The notes below the pieces were generated by a model, which worked only from the letters and a program-made list of their open reading frames with translations, was not told the origin of the DNA and did no database searches. From Octopus sinensis (lineage: Eukaryota): DNA of 64,000 bases. Shown here one piece after another: positions 39,325 through 51,333 of the stretch. The stretch is from NCBI RefSeq assembly GCF_006345805.1, contig NC_043000.1:138136001-138200000 (forward strand), given 5' to 3'. Positions within the stretch are counted from its first letter, which is position 1; the number at the start of each line of letters is the position of its first letter. The translations under genes were made by a program, and so were the position numbers.

Positions 39325-39720
39325 CTTTACTCTTTTACTTGTTTCAGTCAATTGACTGCGGCCATGCTGGAGCACCGCCTTTAGTCGAGCAAATCGACCC
39401 TGGGACTTATTCTTTGTAAACCCAGTACTTATTATATCGGTCTCTTTTGCCGAACCGCTAAGTGACGGGGACGTAAACACACCAGCATCGGTTGTCAAGC
39501 AATGCTAGGGGGACAAACAGAGACACAAACACATACACACACATATATATATACATATATACAACAAGCTTCATTCAGTTTCTGTCTACCAAATCCACTC
39601 ACAAGGCATTGGTCGGCCCGGGGCTATAACAGAAGAGACTTGCCCAAGATGCCACGCAGTGGGACTGAACCCGGAACCATGTGGTTGGTTAGCAAGCTAC
39701 TTACCACACAGCCACTCCTG
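39325..39720 (-). mobile_element. SINE family B
   Basis: Full-length match. Confidence 0.9.
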
Positions 39721-39973
39721 ATATTTCAATCAGTTTATTAAGTCTGGAACTTATTTGAGTGATTTTGTTCATAATTTAACTGTAATATTACTCAAGTTTT
39801 AATCTACTTAAATTACTCAACAGGTTGCGGATGGAACTTGCAATATTTCATTTCAGGCAATATTCTTATATTTATATTCCCTTAAACATATGTAAACTGT
39901 ATACATTATTTCGTTTTGGGATTTGGCTTGCAAGATTCTTTATATGAGTTCCTGTGTTGAAGCATATTTTGTT

Positions 39974-40162
39974 GTTTCTAGGGAGAGTCATTTTCTTTTT
40001 GTGACTTATAATGTAACACACTCACTGGTAAAATTTCCACTTATTTCTTATTTTTATTTTCCTAAAATTTTCGTTGCATCTTGCAACCTTTTCAATAGTC
40101 TTGAGTCAAGATTATTTAAAAGGTTGCAAGACGCAATGAAAATGACTCTTCCCAGACACAAC
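39974..40162. repeat. Degenerate foldback palindrome
   Basis: ~37-bp arms around TCTTGA-G-TCAAGA, plus outer arms TGTTTCTAGGGAGAGTCATTTT / AAAATGACTCTTCCCAGACACA. Confidence 0.75.
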
Positions 40163-40326
40163 TGTATATATTAGTTTAGCCTCATTTCCATCAGTCGCAA
40201 ATTACATAATGGTTTTGTGGTTATGTTAACAGATTGTTTCCAGCTAACCTTAAATATGCTTAACTTTACTCATCATAGTCTTCACACCACTACCATTGCC
40301 ACAACTGCATTCATCGTCACTGCCAA

Positions 40327-40370
<44 letters not shown>

Positions 40371-40385
40371 ATAACACAAACATCA

Positions 40386-40575
40386 GTGGAGGTGCCATGG
40401 CCCAGTGGTTAGGGCAGCGGACTCGCGGTCATAAGAACGCGGTTTCGATCCCCAGGCCAGGCATTGTGAGTGTTTATTGAGCAAAAACACCTAAGCTCCA
40501 CGACGCTCTGGCAGGGGTGCTGTTGAACCCCGCTGTACTCTTTCACCACAACTTTCTCTCACTCTTTCTTCCTAC
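40386..40575 (+). mobile_element. SINE family G, 3'-truncated
   Basis: G head, follows (ATC)n. Confidence 0.85.
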
Positions 40576-40866
40576 TTCTGCCACAATGCAGAGAAACCAT
40601 GGTGTAACCCACTATGGTGTGGTAAACTTTGAGACCCTAGTCTAGATTGCAAATCCTCTGTACCCCAGGATGGTTCAGCTCTCCACCCATTAAGAGCCAC
40701 CATTTACGGAATGAGGATAACAACGTAGCTTTTGTGCCGCCCGTGCAACCACCAGTCTTTCATGTGTGGTGGGTGGATCTTCAAGTTGCCACATGCATTC
40801 TTAGTAGCTTAGAGTAGGCTGGAATTAGAGATTATTCTTTGTGGCTAATGGCATGAGTCGTGATTG

Positions 40867-41639
40867 GAAGAAGAAGAAGAAGAAGAAGAAGAAGAAGAAG
40901 AAGAAGAGAAGAAGAAGAAGAAGAAGAAGAAGAAGAAGAAAAAGAAGAAGAAGAAGAAAAAAAGAAGAAGGTGAAGAAGAAGAAGAAGAAAAAGGAGAAG
41001 AAGAAGAAAAAGAAGAAGAAGAAAAAGAAGAAGGAGAAGAAGGAGAAGAAGAAGGAGAAGAAGAAGTAGAAGAAGAAGAAGAAGAAGAAGAAGAAGAAGG
41101 AGGAGAAGAAGAAGAAGACGAAGAAGAAGAAGAAGAAGAAGAAGACTAAGAAGAAGAAAAAGAAAAAAAGAAGAAAAAGAAGAAGAAGAAAAGAAGAAGA
41201 AGGAGAAGAAGAAGTAGAAGAAGAAGAAAAGAAGAAGAAGAAGAAGAAGAAGAAGAAGAAGGAGAAGACTAAGAAGACGAAAAAGAAGAAGAAGAAGACT
41301 AAGAAGAAGAAAAAGAAGAATAAGGAGAAGAAGAAGAAGATGAAGACGAAGAAGAAGAAAAAGAAGGAGAAGAAGAAGAAAAAGAAGAAGAGGAAAAAGA
41401 AGAAGGAGAAGAAGAAGAAGAAGGAGAAGGAGAAGAAAAAGAAGAAGACTAAGAAGAAGAAAAAGAAGAAGAAGAAGAAGAAGAAGAAAAAGAAGAACAA
41501 GAAGAAGAAGGAGAAGAAGAAGAAGAAGAAGAAGAAGAAGAAGACTAAGAAGAAGAAAAAGAAGAAGAAGGTGAAGAAGAAGAAGAAGAAGAGAAGAAGA
41601 AGAAGAAGAAGAAGAAGAAGAAGAAGAAGAAGAAGAAGA
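40867..41639. repeat. Interrupted (GAA)n polypurine tract, ~770 nt
   Basis: Read directly. Confidence 0.97.
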
Positions 41640-41943
41640 CACCAACATCTTCATCACTTCTTCACTCATAATGTATTGATCAGAGTAAAGCCAGTGTAGA
41701 AGACATTTGTCCAAGGAGCCACATGATGTGAATTGATCTTCAGAGACACTCATCTCTGCCTGTGTCAAAAAGGGAAATATTCACTCATATTCACGTATGG
41801 ATTACTGTTTTTACCAGTCATAAACATTCCATGATTTCTGACTTCGACTGAGAGTTTCAATTGTCTTGTGGTTACAATCTTCTTGTCCTTACCTCTCTAC
41901 AAGCCCTACTTTTAAATGGAGAGGTTCTTATATAATTCTTTAA

Positions 41944-42164
41944 CCCTTTCATTACTGTATTTTTGTTGAGATGCTCTGTGTTTCTTTCAATTACTTTAAA
42001 TATAACAAATAATTTAGTAAAACAACTTAGTTATCATTAAGCTAGTGTTTGGAACATAAATTGTGACTAAGGTTTGGTAGGAGATTTTAATTCTAAACTT
42101 ATGAAAACAAGACATTTATACTACAGAGCCAGAGCCGGTTTCAGCCATGTTAGTGATGAAAGGG
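41944..42164. mobile_element. piggyBac-type MITE (221 bp)
   Basis: TTAA flanks; paralog of 12852-13071. Confidence 0.85.
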
Positions 42165-42417
42165 TTAACCTCTTGGATAGGTTTCATAGACAAAATAGCC
42201 TATGTGTAGAGCTGTTCGTGGCCAATGTTCAGCTTTTATATTGTTTACAGATTCACTGTATTATCTTGTTATTCAAATTCTTATAATGAGATATATTCAC
42301 AGAGGATTTTAGGTTTATCTATATTTCATACTTTTGAGACAACAAAGATGTTAAGAATTGCGTTAAGTTATTATCTTTCTGGGATATATGTTTTTAGTTT
42401 ATATCACTTGTATGTAA

Positions 42418-42785
42418 ACATCATCATCATCATCATTATCATCATCATCGTTTAATGTCTGTTTTCCATGCTAGCATATGTTGAACGGTTTGACCAGGGT
42501 CTGGGAAGCAAGGAGGCTGCACCAGACTCCACTCTGATCTGGCAGTGTCTCTACAGCTTGATGCCCTTCCTAATGCCAACCACTCTGTGATGTAGTGGTG
42601 CTTTTTATGTGCCAGGGGAGGCTGGCAATATCCACAATTGGTTGGTGCTTTTTACATGCCACCGGCACAGAAGCCAATCAAGGTGGCGCTGGCATCGGCC
42701 ACGTTCAGATGGTGCTTTTTATGTGCCACCTGCACAGGTATCACAACTACAATTTCCATTTGATTTTTATTTTGATATTGATGTA
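42418..42785 (-). mobile_element. Retroposon family C
   Basis: C core, (ATC)n tail. Confidence 0.85.
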
Positions 42786-42914
42786 CTTGACGCAATAGGT
42801 CTCCTCAAGCACAGCAGGCCGTCATCAGAACAAATAACTTTAGCCTGTAGATATTTGGCAAGAATTTTTTGAAGCAGTATAAATAGTAGGACTCATAACT
42901 TAGCATGTTGTTGT

Positions 42915-43075
42915 TTAGATGAGTCTTGAACATTTACCAACCTCATGGACAATTACCTCTGAGGACAACAGATGATGATTTCAAACTTCTTAATATATTG
43001 GAGAGCGGGTAATTAACCAAGGGGTGTAATTGTCCTAGGGGGTAGTTGTCATTGGGGGGAATTGTCCTGATACAC
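42915..43075. mobile_element. Unclassified MITE-like remnant
   Basis: GGACAATTACC on the left mirrored by repeated GG(T/G)AATTGTCC on the right. Confidence 0.4.
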
Positions 43076-43847
43076 ATTTAGACATGTCTAATTCTGCAGA
43101 TCTGTAACCAAACAAGTTCCAACCTTAACTACCCTCTCTGAATAAGAGTATTGAGGATCTAATATATCCTTCCTTTGTTCATGGAGACTGGGTGTGACTT
43201 GATAGTGATTGAGTGTTATTTCTAGTAAATCAAATAACTCCACAGAAGCTTTCTTGTTTGGGAAGTCGCAATTTAGGTAAAGGAAAGGTCGGTTTGAGTG
43301 TCAGTGCATGGGTTGTTTTACCACTGCACTTTCAGATGATAAACAAAGCAAGATTAAAGAACTTAACATGTTTTAAGAAAAATTAGAGAATAGTTGAAAG
43401 TAACAGTTCAAGTAATTTTGGCTTTGGTATATACAAATCAAATTAATTTTTGATTACTGTTTCTTTCAATGACGACCCTTTGTTTTTATATTTAGCTCTT
43501 TAGATAACTTTCTTAGTAGCATTATTACTTCATCTTGTGTTTATCACCTCAACAAACAACTTGAATTATAAATTCATTGACTGCTTAAATACGCAACCAA
43601 ATTAAACCAGCCTCCGCTAGCAAATTAATGAGTTCTTACAACTTTCAACTAATTAACACCTACCCTATTAATTCAATCACACTGAAAATTATTTCAGCCC
43701 TGTTCTGTACAGCTGAGGATCATTATCATTTAGCGTCCATGTCCCATGCAGGCATGGGTCAGATGGTTTGACAGGATTTGATGTGTCCAAAGACTGAATT
43801 GAACTCCAAACTCTGGAGCTCAATACTGCTCTGTAGATTAAATAAAC

Positions 43848-44262
43848 AGGCGTAGGAGTGACTGTGTGGTAAGTAGCTTGCTTACCAACCATATGGTCCC
43901 GGGTTCAGTCCCACTGTGTGGCACCTTGGTCAAGTGTCTTCTACTATAGCCTCGGGCAGACCAAAGCCTTGTGAGTGGATTTGGTAGACTGAAACTGAAA
44001 GAAGCCCGTCGTATATATGTATATATATATATATGCATGTGTGTGTATATGTTTGTGTGTCTGTGTTTGTCTCCCCAACATCACTTGACAACTGATGCTG
44101 GTGTGTTTACATACCCGTGACTTAGAGGTTCGGCAAAAGAGACTGATAGAATAAGTACTAGGCTTACGAAGAATAAGTCCTGGGATCAATTTGCTCAAGT
44201 AAAGGCGGTGCTCCAGCATGGCAACAGTCAAATGACTGACACAAGTGAAAGAGTAAAAGAGA
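43848..44262 (+). mobile_element. SINE family B
   Basis: Full-length match. Confidence 0.9.
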
Positions 44263-44987
44263 TATCAAAACATACACATTCATTCTCTTGAGGATAAAAA
44301 TAAGTAAATAAAGTTATTACTTGGCTGTTTGTCGATGTTTCACTAAATGGCACTTTAAAGCTATTTGTTCACCATCCATGCCATAACTTCTTTCACTTTC
44401 TTCAAATATCTCTGATTCTCTCAACTTGCGAAGTGTACAATCCCTTTTCTTACATCCTTTTGTTTCAATAATCGTTCCTTGTTCCATCATCTCAATTCAC
44501 TTCAAGAGCTCTACATTATGTTCTTTATTGAAATATTCCTCCTCATTCTCAGACATTCATTCTTCTGGAACTTTTCCTCTGTCTATGCATTCCTTTCAAA
44601 TACTAACCTGAAAAATTTCAAGATGCACATTAAATCATATTAACATTGCCCCACGATCAATATTTCTATATATATGATGGTCTGGAAAGTCTATAGGTAC
44701 TGCCATTCCTTAGATACACTCATGAAAAAGATTAATTTATTCAATCATTCAAATAATGTAATTTAATTAAATTTGCCACTGTAACAATAACTAATTAAGA
44801 TTCCCACTGAACACCTTAACTAATTAACTCCCACTTACTAAAAATATTAAGTAATTAGGTCTCTTCTGCATACAATATTAACTAATTAAGTCACTCATGT
44901 TCTCAACCAATTAAAGACACAGACTAATAAATTCACATCAACAAATCTACTACTGCATTTACCTCTCTGTATCTCTCTCTCACTCTG

Positions 44988-45062
44988 TCACACACACACA
45001 CACACTTACACACACATACTTAAACACACACACTTACACACACATACACACACACACATACT

Positions 45063-45095
<33 letters not shown>

Positions 45096-45122
45096 ACAAA
45101 CACACACACACACACACACACA
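44988..45122. repeat. (CA)n microsatellite
   Basis: Read directly. Confidence 0.95.
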
Positions 45123-45594
45123 CCTTTCAGACTTCTTTAATTCTATTTGTTTGGACATTCATTCTCACATTTTTTTTTTAGAAAATAATTATTGTGTAAT
45201 GGTCCAGCAATGCTCCAATCAATCTTCGTAGACTCTTCGAAATGAGACTCCGAAAAAGAAAACAGTAATAAAGTCAAGATGCACAACACAATTACAAAAT
45301 AACAGATACATGGCAATGAGCATGAACTTCTTAATTTCTGTTTTGTTTGTATCGCTGGGTAACAGCCTCCTTCAATTTTCAAAATCTCATGTTATCATCA
45401 TTTAACATTTGTTTTCCATGCTGGGCATGGGTTGTGATGCACAAACCTTACAACTCCCGTGAGTTCTAATTGACAGTAAACATACATTTGAAGATATGTG
45501 AATATGGGAATAAACATGTATATACATATATGTTTAAACAGATATCTGCAGATGTATGTAAATAGATAATTACGTATAGTCTTTTATTTTTTTT

Positions 45595-45927
45595 ATTCCT
45601 TTATTTGTTTCGGTCGTTTGACTGTGGCCATGCTGGAGAACTGCTATGAAGTTTGTTTTTGTTTTATTAAACAGTGTGACCCCCCTGACTTACCTTTAAG
45701 CCAAGTACTTATTCTATTGCTCTCTTTGCTGAACAGCTAAGTTACGGAGATGTAAACACACCAACACCAGTGGTCAAGTGATGATGGGGGAACAAACACA
45801 GATACAGAAATGCAAACACTTAGATATGTGCACACATGTACACTGGGGTCGATGTAATCGACTTAATTCCTTTGTCTGTCCTTGTTTGTCCCCTCTATGT
45901 TTAGCCCCTTGTGGACAATAAAAAATA
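45595..45927. mobile_element. B 3' half (minus, 45595-45835) abutting A 3' half (plus, 45841-45927)
   Basis: Matches to the family tails. Confidence 0.75.
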
Positions 45928-45962
45928 AGAAGACATGAGAGGAAGTGGTAAGGACCGATTTC

Positions 45963-47032
45963 AGGTTGTAATGAGGCAGAGAGACAGATACAGGTGTCTT
46001 GCTGTAGAGGAGGTACATGGTTACCCGGTTGGTGGTGGTGGGGAAATCGAGAATGAAGATAGAAACAGGTGCACTGCCACAAAGGAAATACACTGTTGTC
46101 CAACTTGAGGGAAGTGCAGGAGAAGGAGAGTGAGAGAGGGAGACAGCAGAATAGAGATGGTGGCAAAGTGCCTGGCATATGCAATGATACAGTGAGAGAG
46201 GGTATGGGTGGAACTCACAAGTCAGAATCTAGAGGAGAGCAATAATACAGTGGCACAGGGCCAACAGGACAGGATTGTTGAGTGGGAGGTAAACTTAGTG
46301 CATGAAGTGAAAATGTGAAGAAGAGAAGTGATGTAGAGGTGAAGTTTCGTTAGATGTGGTAGTGTGTGAGAAATTTTCTTCTTAAGTGTGAATGGGATAC
46401 AGCACTTCTAGAACTCAGTTTCGCATGTTCACACAAACATAGGCACACACAAACACTCAGAGTAACAGGTTTTGTTGAATTTTCTGCTACTTTAAATAAA
46501 GCATATTACTCTACCACTGGTATTTTAGTACTCTTTTTTCCACCTTGTTTCACATTTATGTGTTTACTCTGCGAAACTGAGTTCTAGAAGTGCTGTATCC
46601 CATTCACACTTAAGAAGAAAATTTCTCACACACTACCACATCTAACGAAACTTCACCTCTACATCACTTCTCTTCTTCACATTTCCACTTCATGCACTAA
46701 GTTTACCTCCCACTCAACAATCCTGTCCTGTTGGCCCTGTGCCACTGTATTATTGCTCTCCTCTAGATTCTGACTTGTGAGTTCCACCCATACCCTCTCT
46801 CACTGTATCATTGCATATGCCAGGCACTTTGCCACCATCTCTATTCTGCTGTCTCTCTCTCTCACTCTCCTTCTCCTGCACTTCCCTCAAGTTGGACAAC
46901 AGTGTATTTCCTTTGTGGCAGTGCACCTGTTTCTATCTTCATTCTCGATTTCCCCACCACCACCAACCGGGTAACCATGTACCTCCTCTACAGAAAGACA
47001 CCTGTATCTGTCTCTCTGCCTCATTACAACCT
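45963..47032. repeat. Long inverted repeat: 463-bp arms (45963-46425 / 46570-47032), 144-bp spacer
   Basis: Arms are reverse complements with 3 mismatches found by manual comparison. Confidence 0.95.
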
Positions 47033-47423
47033 TTCATCATCTGGCACAAGATCACCTCCTCCAATGCTCCCTCCCCTCTCAAAAGAGTTTTTTTTTTGTC
47101 TTGCAAGTACTTGGTGACCCTGTCAGTGCAGGTGCCACTTAAAAGCACCCAATCTGCACTGTAAAGTGGCTGGCATTTGGAAGGGCATCCCACTGTAAAA
47201 AGACTTGTCAAAACTGACCTCACCTGTGCTTGTGCCACGTAAAAAGCAATAAGTCCACTCTGCTGCGTGGTTGGTGTTAGGAAGTGTGTCCAGCTGTAAA
47301 AATCCTGCCAAAACTGTTACAGACATCTGGTGCAGGCTTCTGCCTCACCGGTTCTTGTGAACCCATCCCATCCATGCCAGCATGGAAGGCGGATGTTAAA
47401 CGATGATCATGGTGATGATGATG
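46570..47423 (+). mobile_element. Longer family C retroposon (pyrimidine-rich upstream region + C core + (GAT)n)
   Basis: Upstream part runs into the C core; weakly similar region near 50250-50440; suggests C is a LINE 3' UTR. Confidence 0.6.
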
Positions 47424-47480
47424 TGTCCATAGATATATTCATACACACACACATATGTATGTATATATATATATATATAC

Positions 47481-47649
47481 TTTATTTAAAGCAGCAGAAA
47501 ATTCAACAAAACCTGTTATAAAAACGGGAAACTCAGAGTAACAGGTTTTGTTGAATTTTCTGCTACTTTAAATAAAGAATATTACTCTACCACTGGTATT
47601 TGAGTACTCTTTTTTCCACCTTGTTTCACATTTATGTGTTTACTCTGGT

Positions 47650-47650
<1 letters not shown>
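47481..47650. mobile_element. Family D (putative Penelope-like pLTR) with inverted 5' end
   Basis: 38-bp inverted arms (1 mismatch), GAAAC-TCAGA-GTA motif in the loop/arm, flanked by (TA)n. Confidence 0.6.
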
Positions 47651-47734
<84 letters not shown>

Positions 47735-48589
47735 TATATAGAGAGAAATATACATTCATATACAGATATACATATACCTATATACATATATACTTATATT
47801 AAAGTATATATATGTATATGTTCAGCTTCAGTATAGTTCCCATCAACCATTTTCATTTACAAAGCATTCATTTGACTGAGGCTATACTGGAAATCACATA
47901 ATTATGATATTACATAGTAAGAAAAACCCCAAATCCACATGGTTTTTAAGCAAACCTTTTAACCACACAGCTATACATGCTCTGTAAATATGTATGTGTA
48001 TGTATGTGTTTGTGTGTGTATGTGCATGTGTGTATCTGTGTGTTTGTGTGTGCCTATGTTTGTGTGAACATGTCTGTATGGATACACACACGCATATATA
48101 AACATGCACGCTTACACATGAATGCCTTGAACATTAAGGAAATGTTATTATGCAAGAAACAGAATCATTCATTATGCAGGAAAAAGCTGTCATATGGAAT
48201 ATACGTATACAAAAAAGGAAAAAGAAAAAACGTAGTATCTTTCCACCATTCTGAGTTGAAGCCTATCAAAACAAATATTATTAAGCATATATTGAATATA
48301 TTTAACGATAATACATTAGAAATGTTACACTGGAGATGATAAATGAGAGAATAAATTACAGTACATTCAGTTCTCACCAATCAGTCACATTATTCAGTGT
48401 TCTGAGTTCAAACCTTGTGATACGCTTACTTTGTCATTATGTCTCCGCAAATGAATAAAATATATCCAGTAATCTCTGTCATAATCCTGAGAGGATTTAT
48501 TTGATAGTTTGTGACAAATAAATTTCCTTTAAATAAGTCAACCAGTCAGAGTAGTAACAAATTGGAAGAAGTTCAAGGAGCTATCACTA

Positions 48590-48870
48590 CAGCTAGCAAT
48601 AAAGGGTTTCTTTCCCTCAGAGTAAATGGTAGGTTGTTGACGTGTGTACATTGTATGATGCTGTGTGGCAGTGAGATGCAGACTTTGAATGCTAAGAATT
48701 TGGTAAGTCTAAGAAAGAAATGAAACAAGCTCGCTTCAATGAATGTGTAATGTCAGTGAACACAAATGATGGTTTAGTAATGAACTGAGAGAAAATTGAA
48801 TATAAGAGGTATCAGATGTAGTGTGTGAGTGAGAATGCTGGAATGGACATATGATGCACATGGAATGTAA
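48590..48870 (+). mobile_element. RTE-clade LINE ORF2 C-terminal fragment
   Basis: KGFLSLRVNGRLLTCVHCMMLCGSE...MCNVS...ELREKLNIRGIRC resembles RTE KGRLYxACVRxxMLxGSE...LREKLGI; frameshifted. Confidence 0.7.
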
Positions 48871-48882
48871 TGATATACTCAA

Positions 48883-49301
48883 GGCAGCGAGCTGGAAGAA
48901 ACGTTAGCATGCCGGGCGAAATGCTTAGCGGTATTTCGTCTGCCGCTACGTTCTGAGTTCAAATTCCGCCGAGGTCGACTTTGCCTTTCATCCTTCCGGG
49001 GGATCGATTAAATAAGTACCAGTTACACACTGGGGTCGATGTAATCGACTTAATCCGTTTGTCTGTCCTTGTTTGTCCTCTCTGTGTTTAGCCCCTTGTG
49101 GGTAGAGAAGAAATAGGTATTTCGTCTACCGCTACGTTCTGAGTTCAAATTCTGCCGAGGTCGACTTTGCCTTTCATCCTTTCAGGATCGATAAATTATG
49201 TACCAGTTATGCACTGGGGTCGATGTAATCGACTTAATCCGTTTGTCTGTCCTTGTTTGTCCTCTCTGTGTTTAGCCCCTTGTGGGTAGTAAAGAAATAG
49301 G
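48883..49301 (+). mobile_element. SINE family A with tandem partial second monomer
   Basis: Full A, then an A lacking its head from ~49118; 9-bp flanking repeat TATACTCAA. Confidence 0.9.
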
Positions 49302-49571
49302 TATACTCAAGCTCAAGCCATATAACAAAATGCCACAAGTTCAGAAATAAATTGTACCTGTAGGTGAGGGAGACAGAGAAAGATTTGGGATGAAGTGAGG
49401 AAGAACGATTTCAATGTTACACCTCATGCAGGAGATGCAAAAAAGTGTGTTGATTGTAATTTACAGAGCTGGAGAAGAACAGACAACAGAAGATACATGC
49501 AGCATTGTAAATAAGGCAAATCTAAAGCCAAAGAATGGTAGTAGTTATGGAGACTGCATTATATGTATATA

Positions 49572-49887
49572 TATCACCGTGATCACCGTGACCGACCAGA
49601 CCATCAGATGTTGCTACACATCGTTGGTCACAATGCGCTTCGCATTGTTTTAGCCTTCAAATGATGCCACCCCACTGGCTAAGCGAGCAGGCCAACAGAA
49701 GAAAGAGTGAGAGAAAGTTGTGGCGAAAAAGTACAGCAGGGATCGCCACTACCCCCTGCTGGAGCCTCATGGAGCTTTTAGGTGTTTTCGCTCAATAAAC
49801 ACTCACAAGGCTCGGTCTGGGAATCGAAACCGCGATCCTACGACCGCAAGTCTGCTGCCCTAACCACTAGGCCATTGCGCCTCCACA
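49572..49887 (-). mobile_element. SINE family G, full length
   Basis: tRNA head with A/B boxes; ends TCACGGTGATCACGGTGATATA. Confidence 0.9.
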
Positions 49888-50479
49888 TATGTATATATAT
49901 ACATGTGAATATGTATTTAAAAGTGTTTATATATTTGTGTGTGTCTGGACATATATGTGTGTGTTTATCCATTCCCAAGTCTACTCATGCTTTCTCCTTG
50001 CACTTTGACACCTTATCTCTTTAGCTCTCTCTTTTCTATTACCTTTACGACTGTCGTTCAACCTCTATCATTCATGTCATTCATCAGTAAGAGATCCTTA
50101 TATTTTCTTTCCCTCTGTCATTTTCCTCATCACCTTTGCTACCATTCTCATGGTTTATGTATAAGAAATCACATTGAATCTATGTATCATTTTTCCCCTG
50201 TCACCTTCCTTGACACTTGACCTCTTCCACCCATCTTGAGGTCTCAACTTAAGAGAACATATTGAACCTACACACTACCTTTACGTACTCCTTCCCTCCT
50301 GTACGTACTACCAGTCACCTCTACATTACTCTGCCATTGTGTTCTAGCTCCTTTGCATCCACACATCTTCGGTTTTTTCCTGTCTGTACTCTGTCTTCTG
50401 AGTCACATAAACCCACTGTTATTGCTCTATCCTCTCTATCAAATTACCTTGACTCTATGTACAAGCCTCAGAATATTGA

Positions 50480-50869
50480 CTCTTTACTCTTTTACTCTTT
50501 TACTTGTTTCAGTCATTTTGACTGCGGCCATGTTGAGTTAATCGACCCTGGGACTTATTCTTTGTAAGCCCAGTACTTATTCTATTGGTCTCTTTTGCCG
50601 AACCGCTAAGTGATGGGGACGTAAACACACCAGCATCGGTTGTCAAGCAATGCTAGGGGGACAAACACAAACACACACACATATATATATATATATACAT
50701 ATATACGACAGGCTTCTTTCAGTTTCCGTCTACCAAATCCACTCACAAGGCATTGGTCGGCCCGGGGCTATAGTAGAAGACACTTGCCCAAGATGCCATG
50801 CAGTGGGACTGAACCCGGAACCATGTGGTTGGTTAGCAAGCTACTTACCACACAGCCACTCCTGCGCCT
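50480..50869 (-). mobile_element. SINE family B with small deletion
   Basis: Match to B. Confidence 0.9.
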
Positions 50870-51149
50870 ACGTCTTTCCTTTGCTAAACATTTTTTTTTC
50901 TATTTGATTACTTATCAACTATACTTCTATTACACATTTACTCATTCCCCTCTGTAAAAAGATTGGTGAATAAGCTTAGAAACAGGATCATGAGCTTCCT
51001 TTAGTCTTATTGTGGGCATATCTGCCTCTCTGGTGTTACAACAATGTAAACTGCTCTCAGTATATTCTGCAAAGAATATGGCTGAGAGAACCTCTTTGTC
51101 TTGTTGAAAACATGGCTCCCACTTAGTGTGGTTGTGTTGTTAAAAGCTT

Positions 51150-51298
51150 TCTTTCCTACCACAGGGTTCTGGGTTTAGTCCCACTGCATGGCACCTTGGA
51201 CAAATGTCTTCTACTATAGAGTCTCAAGTCGACCAAATCCTTGTGAGTGGATTTGAGAGATGGAAACTGAAAGCAGCCTGTTGTGTTTTAAATATATA

Positions 51299-51333
<35 letters not shown>

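Noticed and set aside
40832-41768. Long poly-F/L/K/E/R ORFs (up to 307 aa)
   Set aside because: Stop-poor reading of the (GAA)n tract in several frames and both strands
49820-49887. tRNA-like sequences at the heads of G, H, F and B
   Set aside because: A/B boxes are present, but each runs into a SINE body and lacks a proper acceptor stem; not tRNA genes
50640-50957. Recurrent ORFs such as MLGGQTQTH...CPRCHAVGLNPEPCGW (also at 12386, 21380, 39502, 59586, 62338)
   Set aside because: Frames through SINE B copies; frame and stops vary between copies
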